Assembly (NCBI GenBank): GCA_002633005.1
Contig: NMRA01001052.1
Location: forward strand, 1 to 48,736
Direction: 5' to 3'
DNA: 48,736 bases
Source: Phoronis australis
Lineage: Eukaryota; Animalia; Phoronida
Position 1 is the stretch's first letter, and every line of letters starts with the position of its first letter. Under the pieces are notes generated by a model that was given only the letters and a program-made list of their open reading frames with translations, ran no database searches and was not told where the DNA came from. Position numbers and translations under genes: made by a program. Shown here piece after piece: positions 14,061 to 25,149 of the stretch.

Positions 14061-17000
14061 CAATTGGTCAAAAACATGTCATAATCACAGTGATTAGCAA
14101 CTCAGAATCCAGTCGTGGGCCCTAACAATCGAAATGTAAGATTGAACAGCAAGGTATACGCTCAAATGAAGAGGACTCAATCGAGAGGACGAAAATTTCA
14201 GTATTAGCCAAAATAAAATTTTCTAGAAGTTTTTTCAAAAAGAGATACCCAATTAATCTTTCCCAAACTGGTCTTCATTAAAGGGAACTTTGACCTTAGG
14301 AAATAAATTCACTCTCCGAAATAAATAAAACTATAACCAAATTTTCTGGAACGACATTCTGTTTACAAGTTAATTCTGAAGTGTTTTTCAATTAGCAATT
14401 TGGGTTTTGTCACTATGGAGCATGTCAAACATTCCACTGGAAACATGGTACTAATTATGTGAATTCAATTATTAATGTTAATTTAAAGCGCGCAATGGCC
14501 ACAATGTAGACAGTCCAATACATTAGCTTGAAGAGTTGTTCTGATTCATAGACGATTTGTTAAAATTGCTTGTGCAAGACAAATGGCAATGTATCTGATC
14601 AATAACAAAGCTCTTTTTAGATGCTGTTAAATCTCGCTTTTTTTCGGGAGGGGTCACTTTTGGATAGGGTTTTATTCTTGAAATCTTGGTTGCGTGATCC
14701 CATGAGGGATAATAGGACGAAAAACCGAAAAATTGTAGTAGTAATCCCACTAGAATAAGCACTTGAGATGGGAATACAATGTACAATCGCCGTGAAAATT
14801 GGGTTGAGCATTTCCAAAGCTATCGAGTTTCTTCGGAGAGACAACACGGTGGGTTAGAGTACCTTTGTCGTATTTTAAAATATATTTTTTTGTTTCAGTT
14901 CAAGAGTAACTATCAATCTTACTACGTACATGTACATAATGAAGATGAAATAAATTAACCAAGGCATTGTGGAATTTACTAGACATTACTCTTGTCCAGT
15001 AAAGAGATGTTATCGACTACTATTATATTTTCAAGGATGACCTGAAAATTGAGTTCCACATGAAAGGACCCAAAAAGTATTCGTTTTCAAAGGTTTTCTA
15101 TCAAAAATCACATCTGCATAGTAGTACCTATACACACAACCTTTCGGTAGAAGTCAACTAGTGTATCGTACTCTTCCCAACGGGATAATTTACAGACATC
15201 TTGATACAATAAAAATGCAAACATAAAATATTACCATCTACTACAGCCACTGTTTTAGAACTATAGATGTCATTGAAACTTTTTGCCTCTTTTACTTCTG
15301 AAGATGCATAGAGAAAGTCTTTTGTAAATATTGGACTCTCAAAAATGAACCTATCTGTATTTGAATTGAGTATGAAAAGGCATCCTTTACCGAATACTCA
15401 ATTCCCAATATAGGCGGTAGAGAAGGGATCGCCCAACTAAATAACACGTCCCGTATACATGATTTTGTCCGGGTCTAACTATGTTTGATACATAATAAAA
15501 CTGCAATAAATCTACTTCCATCACGAAAACTTTTCAACTCTTTATCCCAATCACTTACTATTATATATTGGCATTAATTTGAAATCAACAAGTTATCTTG
15601 TCACTACGTGTCGTTTGCTAAACTGAGTTCACGAATAACGTAAAAAAACATCATCTGCAAGATATTCGTCAATTTTGAAATCATGCAGGATACGTAAGGT
15701 ACAGATTGGAACTAATTTAGTAGCAGTAAGTTACCTAAATCTTAAGTTCGCTTTGTGAACCCAACATGGGTGAGTTTCACTTTTAAAATGCATTAAAACA
15801 AGTGATTTTTGAAGCATGTAATCAATGCACTTCACGAGGAATGAGCATATTGCGTCAATTGATTTCTGAATGTCAACTTTGTGGAAAGCGTCAACAATAT
15901 GGCTTAAAACAGGTCAATACATTATCATGAAGAGGGAACTCTTTCTAGATCGTTCAACTTCAGTTGCTTTTGTGGGATACTTACCGGTGTAACAAGTAAA
16001 TATGAAAGCTTTTTAGATGCTGCTAAAGCGCACAATACAAAGCCATTTAATTTGACACCAGCACGAACACGTGTCATTTTTGTGAGTCTGACAAAAGAAT
16101 ATCAGACGATCGAAAAAAACCGTGTTTGTTTTTTTTTGCAAGATTGTGTTCATAAAGGTAAGTGGTTCAATTCAAACTTAGCATAATCCTAGTGAAATTG
16201 AGATGGCAACCTCTCCGTGATCAGCAGTTCCGTTGCTAGGCGCCGTGAATATGTGCAAATGCGATCAAAGTGTAGTCAAGAACAAAGATAGGCTGAAAAA
16301 GCTAAAAGACGTTCTATGTGCATGTTGATAATAGGCCCTAAGCGTAAACCATATTTTGTTATATTTGCTTATCCTTCTCTAAATAACAGATTGAATACCT
16401 TGCTGAGTCTCATGCCTTTGGACTGGTTTCCGCTGACACCTTAAACATACTGTTCCGTCTGTACTAGCCAGGTTAGAACACAAGATGAGGTTCACCAATC
16501 CAAAGACGCATGTCATTAAAATATAAATACACCTGGAGTTCGAAACCATCAGGTCTGTTTGTTTGCCTTATCTTACCTTTAAGAAACAATCATATGGCCA
16601 GGATTTCAGCAATAACTTCATCACACATGGTGGCAGGTGAGTGCGTACTATACAACTACCACTGCGAACATTACAAATGGCGATGTTCCACCTTGATTAA
16701 ATGTTGAGCTAAAAATCCGTATTGTGAATGAACATATTTTGTGTTTGTGTTGAATGGGAATGATTTGGGCTTAAAAACGACCAGAAAAGTACATAATCCG
16801 CGTTCTGTACGAGGAGCAAAGATATAACTTAGACCATTTGACGCTAGGAAATTGATCTCAACTTGCTCTTTGAGTTCCACATATGAGCTCCTCAGCATAT
16901 GAGATAAGTGGGAATGGGGAGTTAATACCCTGTATGTAACATGGTGTTGCTTTAGTTGACTGCTTATTTCACGAGCATTTGTTGTAAACCATTTTGCATA

Positions 17001-18943
17001 ACCTGAGTCCAGATTCCCTTTCAACCTGTTGTTTCTTTTATATAATTTAAGTAGATCAATTTGAAATTAGTTGTCATTTTCTTGTTTTGTGATTGGTATA
17101 ACTTGGCCCTACGTGGAGTAGAGACATTGCTATTTCTAGCTTCGGATGTTTGAACGAAGGACGGAATATTGAATAACACTGATCTGAGAAAATCCATCAA
17201 CTCAGTTACTTCAATTGCCGTGTGCTTTGTACATCTATACTCGATGCCGTTTAGTCTTCATACGTGTATTTGTGTTAAATCACAGTCTCATTGCTCATGT
17301 TGTTCTGATTCTGTAGTGCAAATCAAGCACAGTTGATGATGTCTAGCGTTTTTGACGGGACACTTTGTCTGATAAAGTAAGGTCTAAATCATCGTGAACT
17401 CCGTTTTAAAGCAGTTACCAATTGCACTTACGCCTTACGTCATAAACTGTGTAAATTCTATATATTTAACTAAAAAATATAAATTGCACTAATTTACCGA
17501 AGCTTCATTTTTAGAACCGTGTACTTACATCACTTCATGAAATGTGTAAACTATCTCTATTGAATTACGAATGTCGATTAAGAAAGTACAAATATCAGTG
17601 TGCTCGAAAGCATCAACTTGAACATCTTAAACAATTCATAACAATGGTCGTTCACGATTATTGCCGTTTTCACAAGCACACCAACCGCACGCTTTAGTGA
17701 GGGGCTTCTTTTTAGCGTTATTTTGATGTTAAAAATACAATGTCAAAGAACCAAAATTAACGTAAAATAATAAATTTTCATCTCGCAAGAACATGAAAAA
17801 CTTACGGTAAATTAACTCTTACCAGGTCCAACCTGGACGACAGGAAGTACAACGTATCACAGAATTTTAAAGAGTTGTTGAAATGTCTGTGGCTGGGGTC
17901 TTGGTTGTTTACAGAATCGGAACCAGTTGGTGAAAATCTGTCCAATAACTATTAACATTTTGTCAACACATATTGTTATGTCCTTGCCGGCAGTTACACC
18001 CGCTCGGAATAGATCAATAAGGCACAGAGTGATTTGCCGGAGAATAGACGTCGCACCCCAATCAAGAACACCGGCTCAATTTCATTACTTGTAGATTCGC
18101 AGGAGCAATTGACATAAACGAAAAATTCATCAGAATTGAAAATAACGGGAATTTACAGAAAACAAACTAAGGTGTGATCGCCAGTCACGTTTGTCAAAAT
18201 ACTGCAGTTTCGATGTACTTGCATATGGAACGCCAATCTGTTATTTTGACAACGGCAGCAAAACACCGTTTCATTCAAGTTCAAAGGAGTAGATTATATG
18301 AAACATTATTGGCGCGCGACAGCAAGACATTCATATGAACGAGTGCAGTTCTTATTTCTGAAATTAATCCAAAATTCACCCATTTCAGCAACACATCCCC
18401 TATTCTGCAAAGTTCACCACCTTAGGGATCCTAGTTAGTGTGTAGACACAATAGCTGTGTTGCAAGAAAAAGGTTTGTGATCCGGGGCACACGTCGTTTT
18501 ATATTTGAACGGCTACAACGCAATAACCAAGTCTTCTTGCCTCAGTAAAAATGCATGTTAACGCCGACATTTAGAATCGTGGAACTGGTCCCAAGCTGCT
18601 TATTATCTAATTCGAGATAATTTCAGTGATTGGTTATTGATGAAGATCAAGTTCTTCGAGTTCACTTGTAACTGTGTATCACTCTAAGCCCTGAGCAATT
18701 CACCATATAATGATATTAAAAGTTTGTCGGACATTTGGAAACATTCTACAATGGATTATAAAAATCGAAACATTAACTCAACAACTGTCCAGCGGTATGT
18801 GGTTTTAGCTTCGATGATTTTTTTTTCTAGGTGTATATTTATATCATAGCTTCTGGAATGGAATGAATATTTCCAAGTGCTGATTACAGAACTGGAAAAT
18901 AATGGTTGAAACTGCTAGTTCGCAGAAATGTAGGACAGGAATG

Positions 18944-19165
18944 AGTAGTATAGTGAGTTGCTTTATTGGCACGTTGATGAGGCGTCTATGCCAAAAGTCA
19001 TCAATCCAAAATGAAAGGTCAAAAGTCACGTGTGATGAATGCAATCGGAAGGTACATCATCCGCCTACCTGAGGGAAGTGTCGAAGACGTCACACCTCAA
19101 TATACAATAGGCGTAATTAGACCAGTTATAAAGGCATTAGGCGTTAGGAAACTTATTAACTAAAG
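18944..19165 (+). repeat. Polinton left TIR
   Basis: The first 86 nt align ungapped to the reverse complement of the right end with about 20 mismatches (about 77% identity, hand count). Similarity continues to ...aaaggcattaggcgttaggaa. Confidence 0.88.
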
Positions 19166-19171
19166 ACCCTT

Positions 19172-19390
19172 ACCGTGTCCGTTACTTTTATAATTCAAAA
19201 TTTGTTTTCTAAAAACAAAGAGATGCCTCCATTAGTCTAAACGCACACTACCTTGTGTTGTTTTAAATCGTCCGCAATAAAACACAAATTGTGAATCTGT
19301 ATAAGAAGATGTATCAAGGGACTACCAGTCTTGTCCAGGAAGCGTTTGCCGATGCTAACAATGAACCTTTCGGCTACCTTTTCGTGGTTC
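19172..19390 (+). pseudogene. C-terminal fragment of Polinton A32-like packaging ATPase
   Basis: Translates as TVSVTFIIQNLFSKNKEM/(frameshift)SISLNAHYLVLF*IVRNKTQIVNLYKKMYQGTTSLVQEAFADANNEPFGYLFV, matching the Polinton ATPase consensus QNLF...RTISLNAHY.VLFKNPRD..Q...L..QMYP......EAF.DAT..PYGYL.VD. Confidence 0.88.
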
Positions 19391-19416
19391 GGGCTACCGG
19401 TGTGCCCTCAAGTGGA

Positions 19417-19940
19417 AAGTTTATTTATTTTGCGTTTACCTCTCTATCTTTAAAAATCCTAAATAGATTTTCATGAAATTTGACAGTTAGGCATCTATTT
19501 TGGAGATGCCTGTATCCTCTTGTTTTCGAGTGGATTCAATATATGTTGAGCCTCTTAGTTGTCATTTTTAATGTTTTCGAGTCTGTTTATAGTGTTTGCT
19601 CTTCTATCAACCGAACTAATCTAAGGATGACTTTAAAAGTTGCCATATATGTTTTTACTGTGAAGGAAGCGGCTGACGGTTATTTTTGAACTACTTTAGT
19701 TTATTTTTTGTGCTTACCTCTCTATATTTAAAGATCTTCAGCAGATTTTCATAAAATGTGGCAATTAGGCATATTCGAGAGATATCTCTACCCTCCTGTT
19801 TCCGGGTGGATTCAATGTAATTTGAGCCTCTTAGTGGTCATTTTACCGGTTTTTGACATTCGCCCTTCTGTCAACCGAACCGCTCTAAGGACGAGTAAAA
19901 AGTTGGCAATTGTGTTCCTAGTATGAAGACGGCAGTTTTC
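19417..19940. repeat. Two diverged tandem units (about 280 and 240 bp), probably part of a non-autonomous element inserted into the Polinton (about 19395..20310)
   Basis: ttacctctctat...gattttcat(g/a)aaat...gtggattcaat...gagcctcttagt...tcaaccgaac...ctaagga occurs at about 19417-19680 and 19699-19940. ATPase homology stops abruptly just before. Confidence 0.7.
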
Positions 19941-20466
19941 GTGCTCATAGCTCCGTATCCAAAGCCCCTTTATTAAATTTAACAAGAATAATTATATGAA
20001 CTGCAGGATCTTTGTTAAATTTAGCAAGTGTTTAAGTTGGCAACAGAAGACGACAACTTTCATACGGATCCGACGTTCTCTGTGCCCCAAGTGTCAATTT
20101 CATTTTTTCCGTTTCGCTCTGTTTCTCTGAAGTTCTTTGACCGATTTTTATGAAATTTGGTAAATAGCTTTCCATTAAAGCACTAATGTTGTTTTGCCGT
20201 TTTTGAATGTAATTGACATATTTTGCGCCATTCAGTGGCCATTTTTGGATACAAAAAACACTCCTGGAACATAACATAATGCCCAGTTTAACTTATGGTA
20301 TTAGGCTAAAAAGAGTACAAAGTTAATTTGAAATTGGAATATTTGTAGCTGACGTGTGTTAATGCTTGCTTGCAGAAAAAGGGAAATTGAACAAGAAATG
20401 GAATCCACAAATATTGCAGAAGTGTTCTTTCATTGCTGGAAAAAAGACAAATGAATAAAATGAAAA

Positions 20467-21108
20467 TTAATCTAAAGACGAATCCGAATCCGAACTCAAT
20501 AAATCAGTATGTCCTATATAGTTCTGTAAAAGATTGCCCGGTCTATCGTAATCACCATTAATGAGACCGTTGTAAATATCGTCCGCGATCGTTACTTGTT
20601 CATAAAAATAAGACGCCTGAAACACAAAACGACAGGCTACATTATTGTCACATTGCTGTACATATTGTCTGACGTGTCTCCATAGCCTTCTGGGCATAAC
20701 GTTGTCCTGTGTGAATTTGAAGAGGTGTCTGCAAGTCATATTAAGGAGATGGATCGCCAACCGACTCATTTGTGAGTCGGTCACATGTTTATACATGATG
20801 GCAATTGCCTCTGGAGATTCTCTTTGTTCCTCTTCTATTGCTGCAATCACTTTTGTCGTGTCCTCTTCTATTGCCAAAAAGAAGAAGGCGTCCAACTCAT
20901 GGCGGTTACAATAAGTTTCGCACACTTGGATGTACGTTTTAAGCATTATATACAATTTTGAGGAAAGGTTCTTTCTTTCATATCGCTCTAATTGAAGCAA
21001 TAACCGGCGTACTCTATTTCTACATTTTTCTTCAGCAACGTCGCTGATTCTATCATTTTTACCATCCTGTTGTCGGTTGAATAGCAAGTGAATCATGTTG
21101 CGAGCCAT
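20467..21108 (-). CDS. Polinton cargo orphan protein, 213 aa, predicted helical with an internal two-fold repeat and acidic Ser-rich tail
   Basis: ATG-initiated 642-bp open frame with protein-like composition in stop-rich surroundings. Upstream there is a polypyrimidine/AG acceptor (21183-21182) and two CCAAT boxes (about 21236-21240 and 21270-21274). No recognisable family. Confidence 0.65.
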   Translation of the reverse strand: MARNMIHLLFNRQQDGKNDRISDVAEEKCRNRVRRLLLQLERYERKNLSSKLYIMLKTYIQVCETYCNRHELDAFFFLAIEEDTTKVIAAIEEEQRESPEAIAIMYKHVTDSQMSRLAIHLLNMTCRHLFKFTQDNVMPRRLWRHVRQYVQQCDNNVACRFVFQASYFYEQVTIADDIYNGLINGDYDRPGNLLQNYIGHTDLLSSDSDSSLD

Positions 21109-21503
21109 TGTGTAAAGTCACCAACCTTGAGTCACTTCTTCTTTTCGGGTGATCTTATCCGTTTCTAGACGCTTTGATGCGCTGCAACAAAAAAACAAAA
21201 CCTTTAAGTATACGAACAAAAAACGGTCTCAACTGATTGGTACAACGCCATTGCAAATACAAGCATGGGATTGGTCAGTGTTTAGGTATTACGAAACAAT
21301 ACGGAATTAGACCGATAACGCAAACGAAAGCCAAGAACTCTTTTGAACGGAAGAGACCCAGCAGATGACATAGAGGGAGGCGGTAACATAGCACGACCAC
21401 AGTTAATGGAACTGCTAAGAGATATTAAAATTAAATATCCGATTAAGGTTGTACTGATCTGAGCACGGATTCTGTTAACACTGTTCTAGACGTGATTATC
21501 GTG

Positions 21504-22310
21504 TTATAAATAAAGTGATGAACTCTTTTTCATTGTTTTCTTACCCATATCACTTATCCATTCTTTAACAAACTGTGCTATTGTGTGCTGCCGTTGCAAG
21601 CTTTCAGCCTCCCGCAGGTGCCGCCCCACCTTCTCCCTCCGTGACCAGTTCACGCGATACGTTTGACCTCTTACATACTCCCCATCCATGACCATATCCC
21701 CGCACCAGTACCAGCTACCACACGCGGGACACTCACCGTCCGTGTTGCTGAATCGGCGGAGCTCACTAATGCAGCGGGGATGAACCCATGCCCCGCAGCA
21801 GGCAATTTCCGTCTGTTGCGGTGGCGTTCCGAACACCCGGCGGGGGAGAGCTTTCGTCAAGTGCTCACCGCACGCAGCACAGGCGTGAGTATATTGGATC
21901 CCCTTTTCCACCTCCAGTAGTGATGTGAAAAAGTTTGCCACTCCGCGATGCTGACCGAGATTATACACGGTGTAAAATATTGCTGCGGGGCATTCCAATA
22001 GATCGACGAAACCCTCTATTAATTTGTCGTACGCCAGGTAAAGGCCTAGAGACAAAAGGGTCGCGTAATCCATTGTGTGGTTCGTCAGGTCATGGTGTGT
22101 GATACAGCAATCAATTCCTTTTACATAGGAGGAAAATTTAGACAAAACAAACCGGTTAATTTTTCCAATTTCGGCACCTATGATTAACGAGATAGACGGT
22201 GTGTGACCGTGGAATCTGCGCAGTCCAGCAAGGACCCCTATATTTTCGGCGTCGGTCACGGAGAAACACAGAGGGTAAACGCCATCGGGAGTCTTCAGTG
22301 TCACTTTCAT
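21504..22310 (-). CDS. Polinton cargo RING-type zinc-finger protein (putative E3 ligase), 268 aa
   Basis: 807-bp ORF containing CAAC-x21-CCGAWVHPRC-x13-CPAC (RING/RINGv-like ligand spacing). TATATAAG lies about 60 nt upstream and a ttttgattttAG acceptor 3 nt before the ATG. Confidence 0.78.
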   Translation of the reverse strand: MKVTLKTPDGVYPLCFSVTDAENIGVLAGLRRFHGHTPSISLIIGAEIGKINRFVLSKFSSYVKGIDCCITHHDLTNHTMDYATLLSLGLYLAYDKLIEGFVDLLECPAAIFYTVYNLGQHRGVANFFTSLLEVEKGIQYTHACAACGEHLTKALPRRVFGTPPQQTEIACCGAWVHPRCISELRRFSNTDGECPACGSWYWCGDMVMDGEYVRGQTYRVNWSRREKVGRHLREAESLQRQHTIAQFVKEWISDMGKKTMKKSSSLYL

Positions 22311-22862
22311 TTTCTAAAATCAAAAGATTACAGTAAAAAAAAAATTGTCTCTAGTCCCGCGGTTACTTATATATGGTCGTTATCTAAGAAAGATCGTCAT
22401 AATTAGTCTTTGTACTTGTTCTTTTTTCTATAACCCATGCAAAAAATGACGACGCCCACTCCTTTCGTTCAGCGCAGCATTTTCGTGAGACTCGCTCACC
22501 AGTTTATAAATAATTTAAACGCTATTTTTACATTTCTATTTGGTCCCATCGTGTATAAATAATACTTGACTAAATTAAAAGCTTTACTTGCCTGTTACAT
22601 GTATGTTAGTTTTTTGCAACACATCGTCCAACTCAGACTGCACTGTTTTTATCTAGACATGATACTTCAAATAGTGATACATCGTATAGGATCCCTTCGT
22701 CTACTAACAATTGGTTTATTGTAAAGACGCGTGTACTACGATCCAGGGCACCCACGTACTTTTGAAGTAATTTGACTCCACACAACGAAGACAGAAAGTT
22801 TGTTTATACGAAAAAGAAAATAAAAATATTGAGGCAATCGGAATTTTTTATTAGAAACTCAC

Positions 22863-22915
22863 CGCAGATGTAGTGTAGGTACAGAACCGTTAGACAACTT
22901 CAGAAGATGGCTGAT
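22863..22915 (-). other. Candidate 53-nt non-coding exon
   Basis: Flanked on the minus strand by gttttattttacAG and GTGAGT. It contains no ATG. An AATAAA just downstream means it could instead be a terminal exon. Confidence 0.4.
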
Positions 22916-22984
22916 CTGTAAAATAAAACAAACATATATAAAAATAATTAAATAAAAACAAAACAAAAACCAGGGTTTTGAATA

Positions 22985-23860
22985 TTCGGTATAGATAGTT
23001 GGTCCAAAGCAACGAAAGTCTGGATATCAATTGGATACCGAGTACGCAAAATGAAATTAAAAAAATATCTGCAAAGTGAAGAGTTAAGAAAATAAAAATA
23101 AAAAGCGAGTATTTAGATGACGTCGTGAATGTTTAGTATAGGCGGCTGGTCAAAATCAACGAAAGGCTGGATACGGAGTACGCGAAACGAAATTGAAAAA
23201 AAATCTTTAGAAAACGGTAATACATGACGGCGTTCTCCTGATCAGTGACTACCAGACCTAGAGAATTGTGAGCGTGCGATAATATCTAGCTCTTTTGTTA
23301 ACTGCCAAGAAGTCTTTTGTCTTGTATGACAACAGGCAGGCCAGTTATCTGCCGGGTTTAATACGAATCAGGTGTTGACACAGTCAAATCAATGGGGCGA
23401 ATTGGTACGTTCGGAAAGAATAGATTGTTGAAACTTCGGTTGCAGTTGGGCGATTTTGGCAATTCAAAACCTAAACATGATCAGCATTTGACTAGGGGAT
23501 CAGAAATGCTATTGGTTTGTGTTCAAATATGTTATAACTTCACTTCTGTTTTTAACACCAAAACCACCCAGGGTAGACACTATCTTATTGGACATTAGAG
23601 CAATTATAGAACATAACAGAGCTGACCCTCCATCCATGAATACTAGAATGAACTTAATCAGTCGTGTTGGATATTTGCTAGAGGGGTCATCTTCCCAACT
23701 TGTTGTTGGGCTATAGAATCGAACAAGTTGGCATCAACACGAAAACGCCGTAATGAACAAAGAACAGTATTCAAAAAGAGTATCCAATATTTCGTAGGCG
23801 GTCGATCAAACAACAAAAGGCTGGATACCGAGTACGCGAAACGAATTTAAAAAAAATCTC
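22985..23860. repeat. Three copies of a ~70-bp repeat (about 22985-23070, 23135-23205, 23790-23860)
   Basis: Shared core ggctggataccgagtacgcgaaacgaaatt(a/g)aaaaaaatct. Confidence 0.85.
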
Positions 23861-23926
23861 CCTAAGAGAATATTACGATAATGAAATTACGAAGAGCAGT
23901 CCTAAAGATAGAATGAAATCACTTAC

Positions 23927-24200
23927 CGAAAATATACTGGTTCTCACTTTGAAATCGTTTTCTCTCCTTGTGTAGACAGAGAATATACAGCCTATAAATC
24001 TGTACACTTGATTTTTATACGTTCGGTGACGTGATGCATATTAATGTCACAGGTCCAATCTCGCATTACCAAATATAGGGGCGTGGAATAATCAGAGAAA
24101 CGAAGTGGATAAAATGACCTAACGTAATCTGTGGGAGTGACGACGTGATGCATATTCATACAACAGGTCCAATCTCGTAATACCAAATGTAGGAGCGTGA
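23927..24200 (-). promoter_or_regulatory. Candidate Pol II promoter (TATAAAAA at about 24012-24019, duplicated ~60-bp upstream element) and first non-coding exon ending at a GTAAGT donor (23926)
   Basis: gacgtgatgcatatt...caggtCCAATctcg...taccaaat.tagg.gcgtg occurs at about 24026-24085 and 24140-24199. The minus-strand TATA is followed about 85 nt later by a consensus G|GTAAGT donor. Confidence 0.45.
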
Positions 24201-24412
24201 AGAACTCACTAGAAAGAATTTCATGTAATGTCAAATTGTTTGGAGAACTTGGAGGAATGAAATTAATGTAATGACACATTGCATTCTGTGCACTCGTCAG
24301 CTTCTTGGAACTAAAGTCGGATTTACCCGGTTACAGCTCATTGACGTAATTTGATAAAATCTAGGGGCTTTTTTGTCTAAGTCTGACTTGGTTATGCTGC
24401 TCAGAATAGCAC

Positions 24413-25149
24413 TGTTACATGATAATTTTTATCGTAATCTATTTTGCCCGGGGTACGCCACGAGCTATGTTGCAGAGTAAAACAAGAGGATTGGGAATAT
24501 TTGTCATTTATTATGACGTAATAGATAACACTAACTAAGACTCTGCAAGATGGGCATGCAGAAAACGCCCACCGGCGTGTACAATGAATATCCCTGCAAG
24601 AGGGAACAAAACAAAAGAACTGCCTGAAGGGCTTAAAGGAAAAGTACAGAACATGAACACAAAAACTGAAAAACCTGAAAAAACCTAACAGGAAGTGTAT
24701 ACGTGCAAAGAGAAAGTGGAACCGCCACCCGGGATGGGGGGTGGGGAAAAAATGAAGAGAACGAACGTAGGTCTTGTAGACGACGAGGTAGGTGGCTGAA
24801 TGAGAGACCACGTTGAACAGAACAAAGGAAATATGGGCGACCAATCAGGAGTCGCGCAGAGAAACGTATGAATACAAAGTACGCCCTAGAGGCTATAAAT
24901 AGAGATGAGTAATGCAAAATAAACCCTAAGGACTGGTCTCAAAATAAAGAGACAAGTGTCAAAATAATGACGATAAATGCATTTAATAAGTTAAAATTAA
25001 TTTATCGTAATCTATTTTGCCCGGGGTACGCCACGAGCTATGTTGCAGAGTAAAACAAGAGGATTGGGAATATTTGTCATTTATTATGACGTAATAGATA
25101 ACACTAACTAAGACTCTGCAAGATGGGCATGCAGAAAACGCCAGTGACA
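24413..25149. repeat. LTR-like unit with near-identical ~142-bp direct repeats (24428..24569 and 25001..25142)
   Basis: The two copies differ only by one G in a G-run. The unit is bounded by TGTTAC...GTGACA and encloses CCAATCA, TATAAAT and AATAAA. No TSD found. Confidence 0.6.

Noticed and set aside
14523-14847. Hydrophobic minus-strand ORFs as the missing 7TM exons of the receptor
   Set aside because: No LGR TM motifs (NLAxAD, DRF/Y, NSxxNPxLY) and no convincing splice context.
16671-17024. ORF with GYAKWF...EISSQL reminiscent of a pogo-like transposase tail
   Set aside because: A single short motif, with no DDE region or TIRs found.
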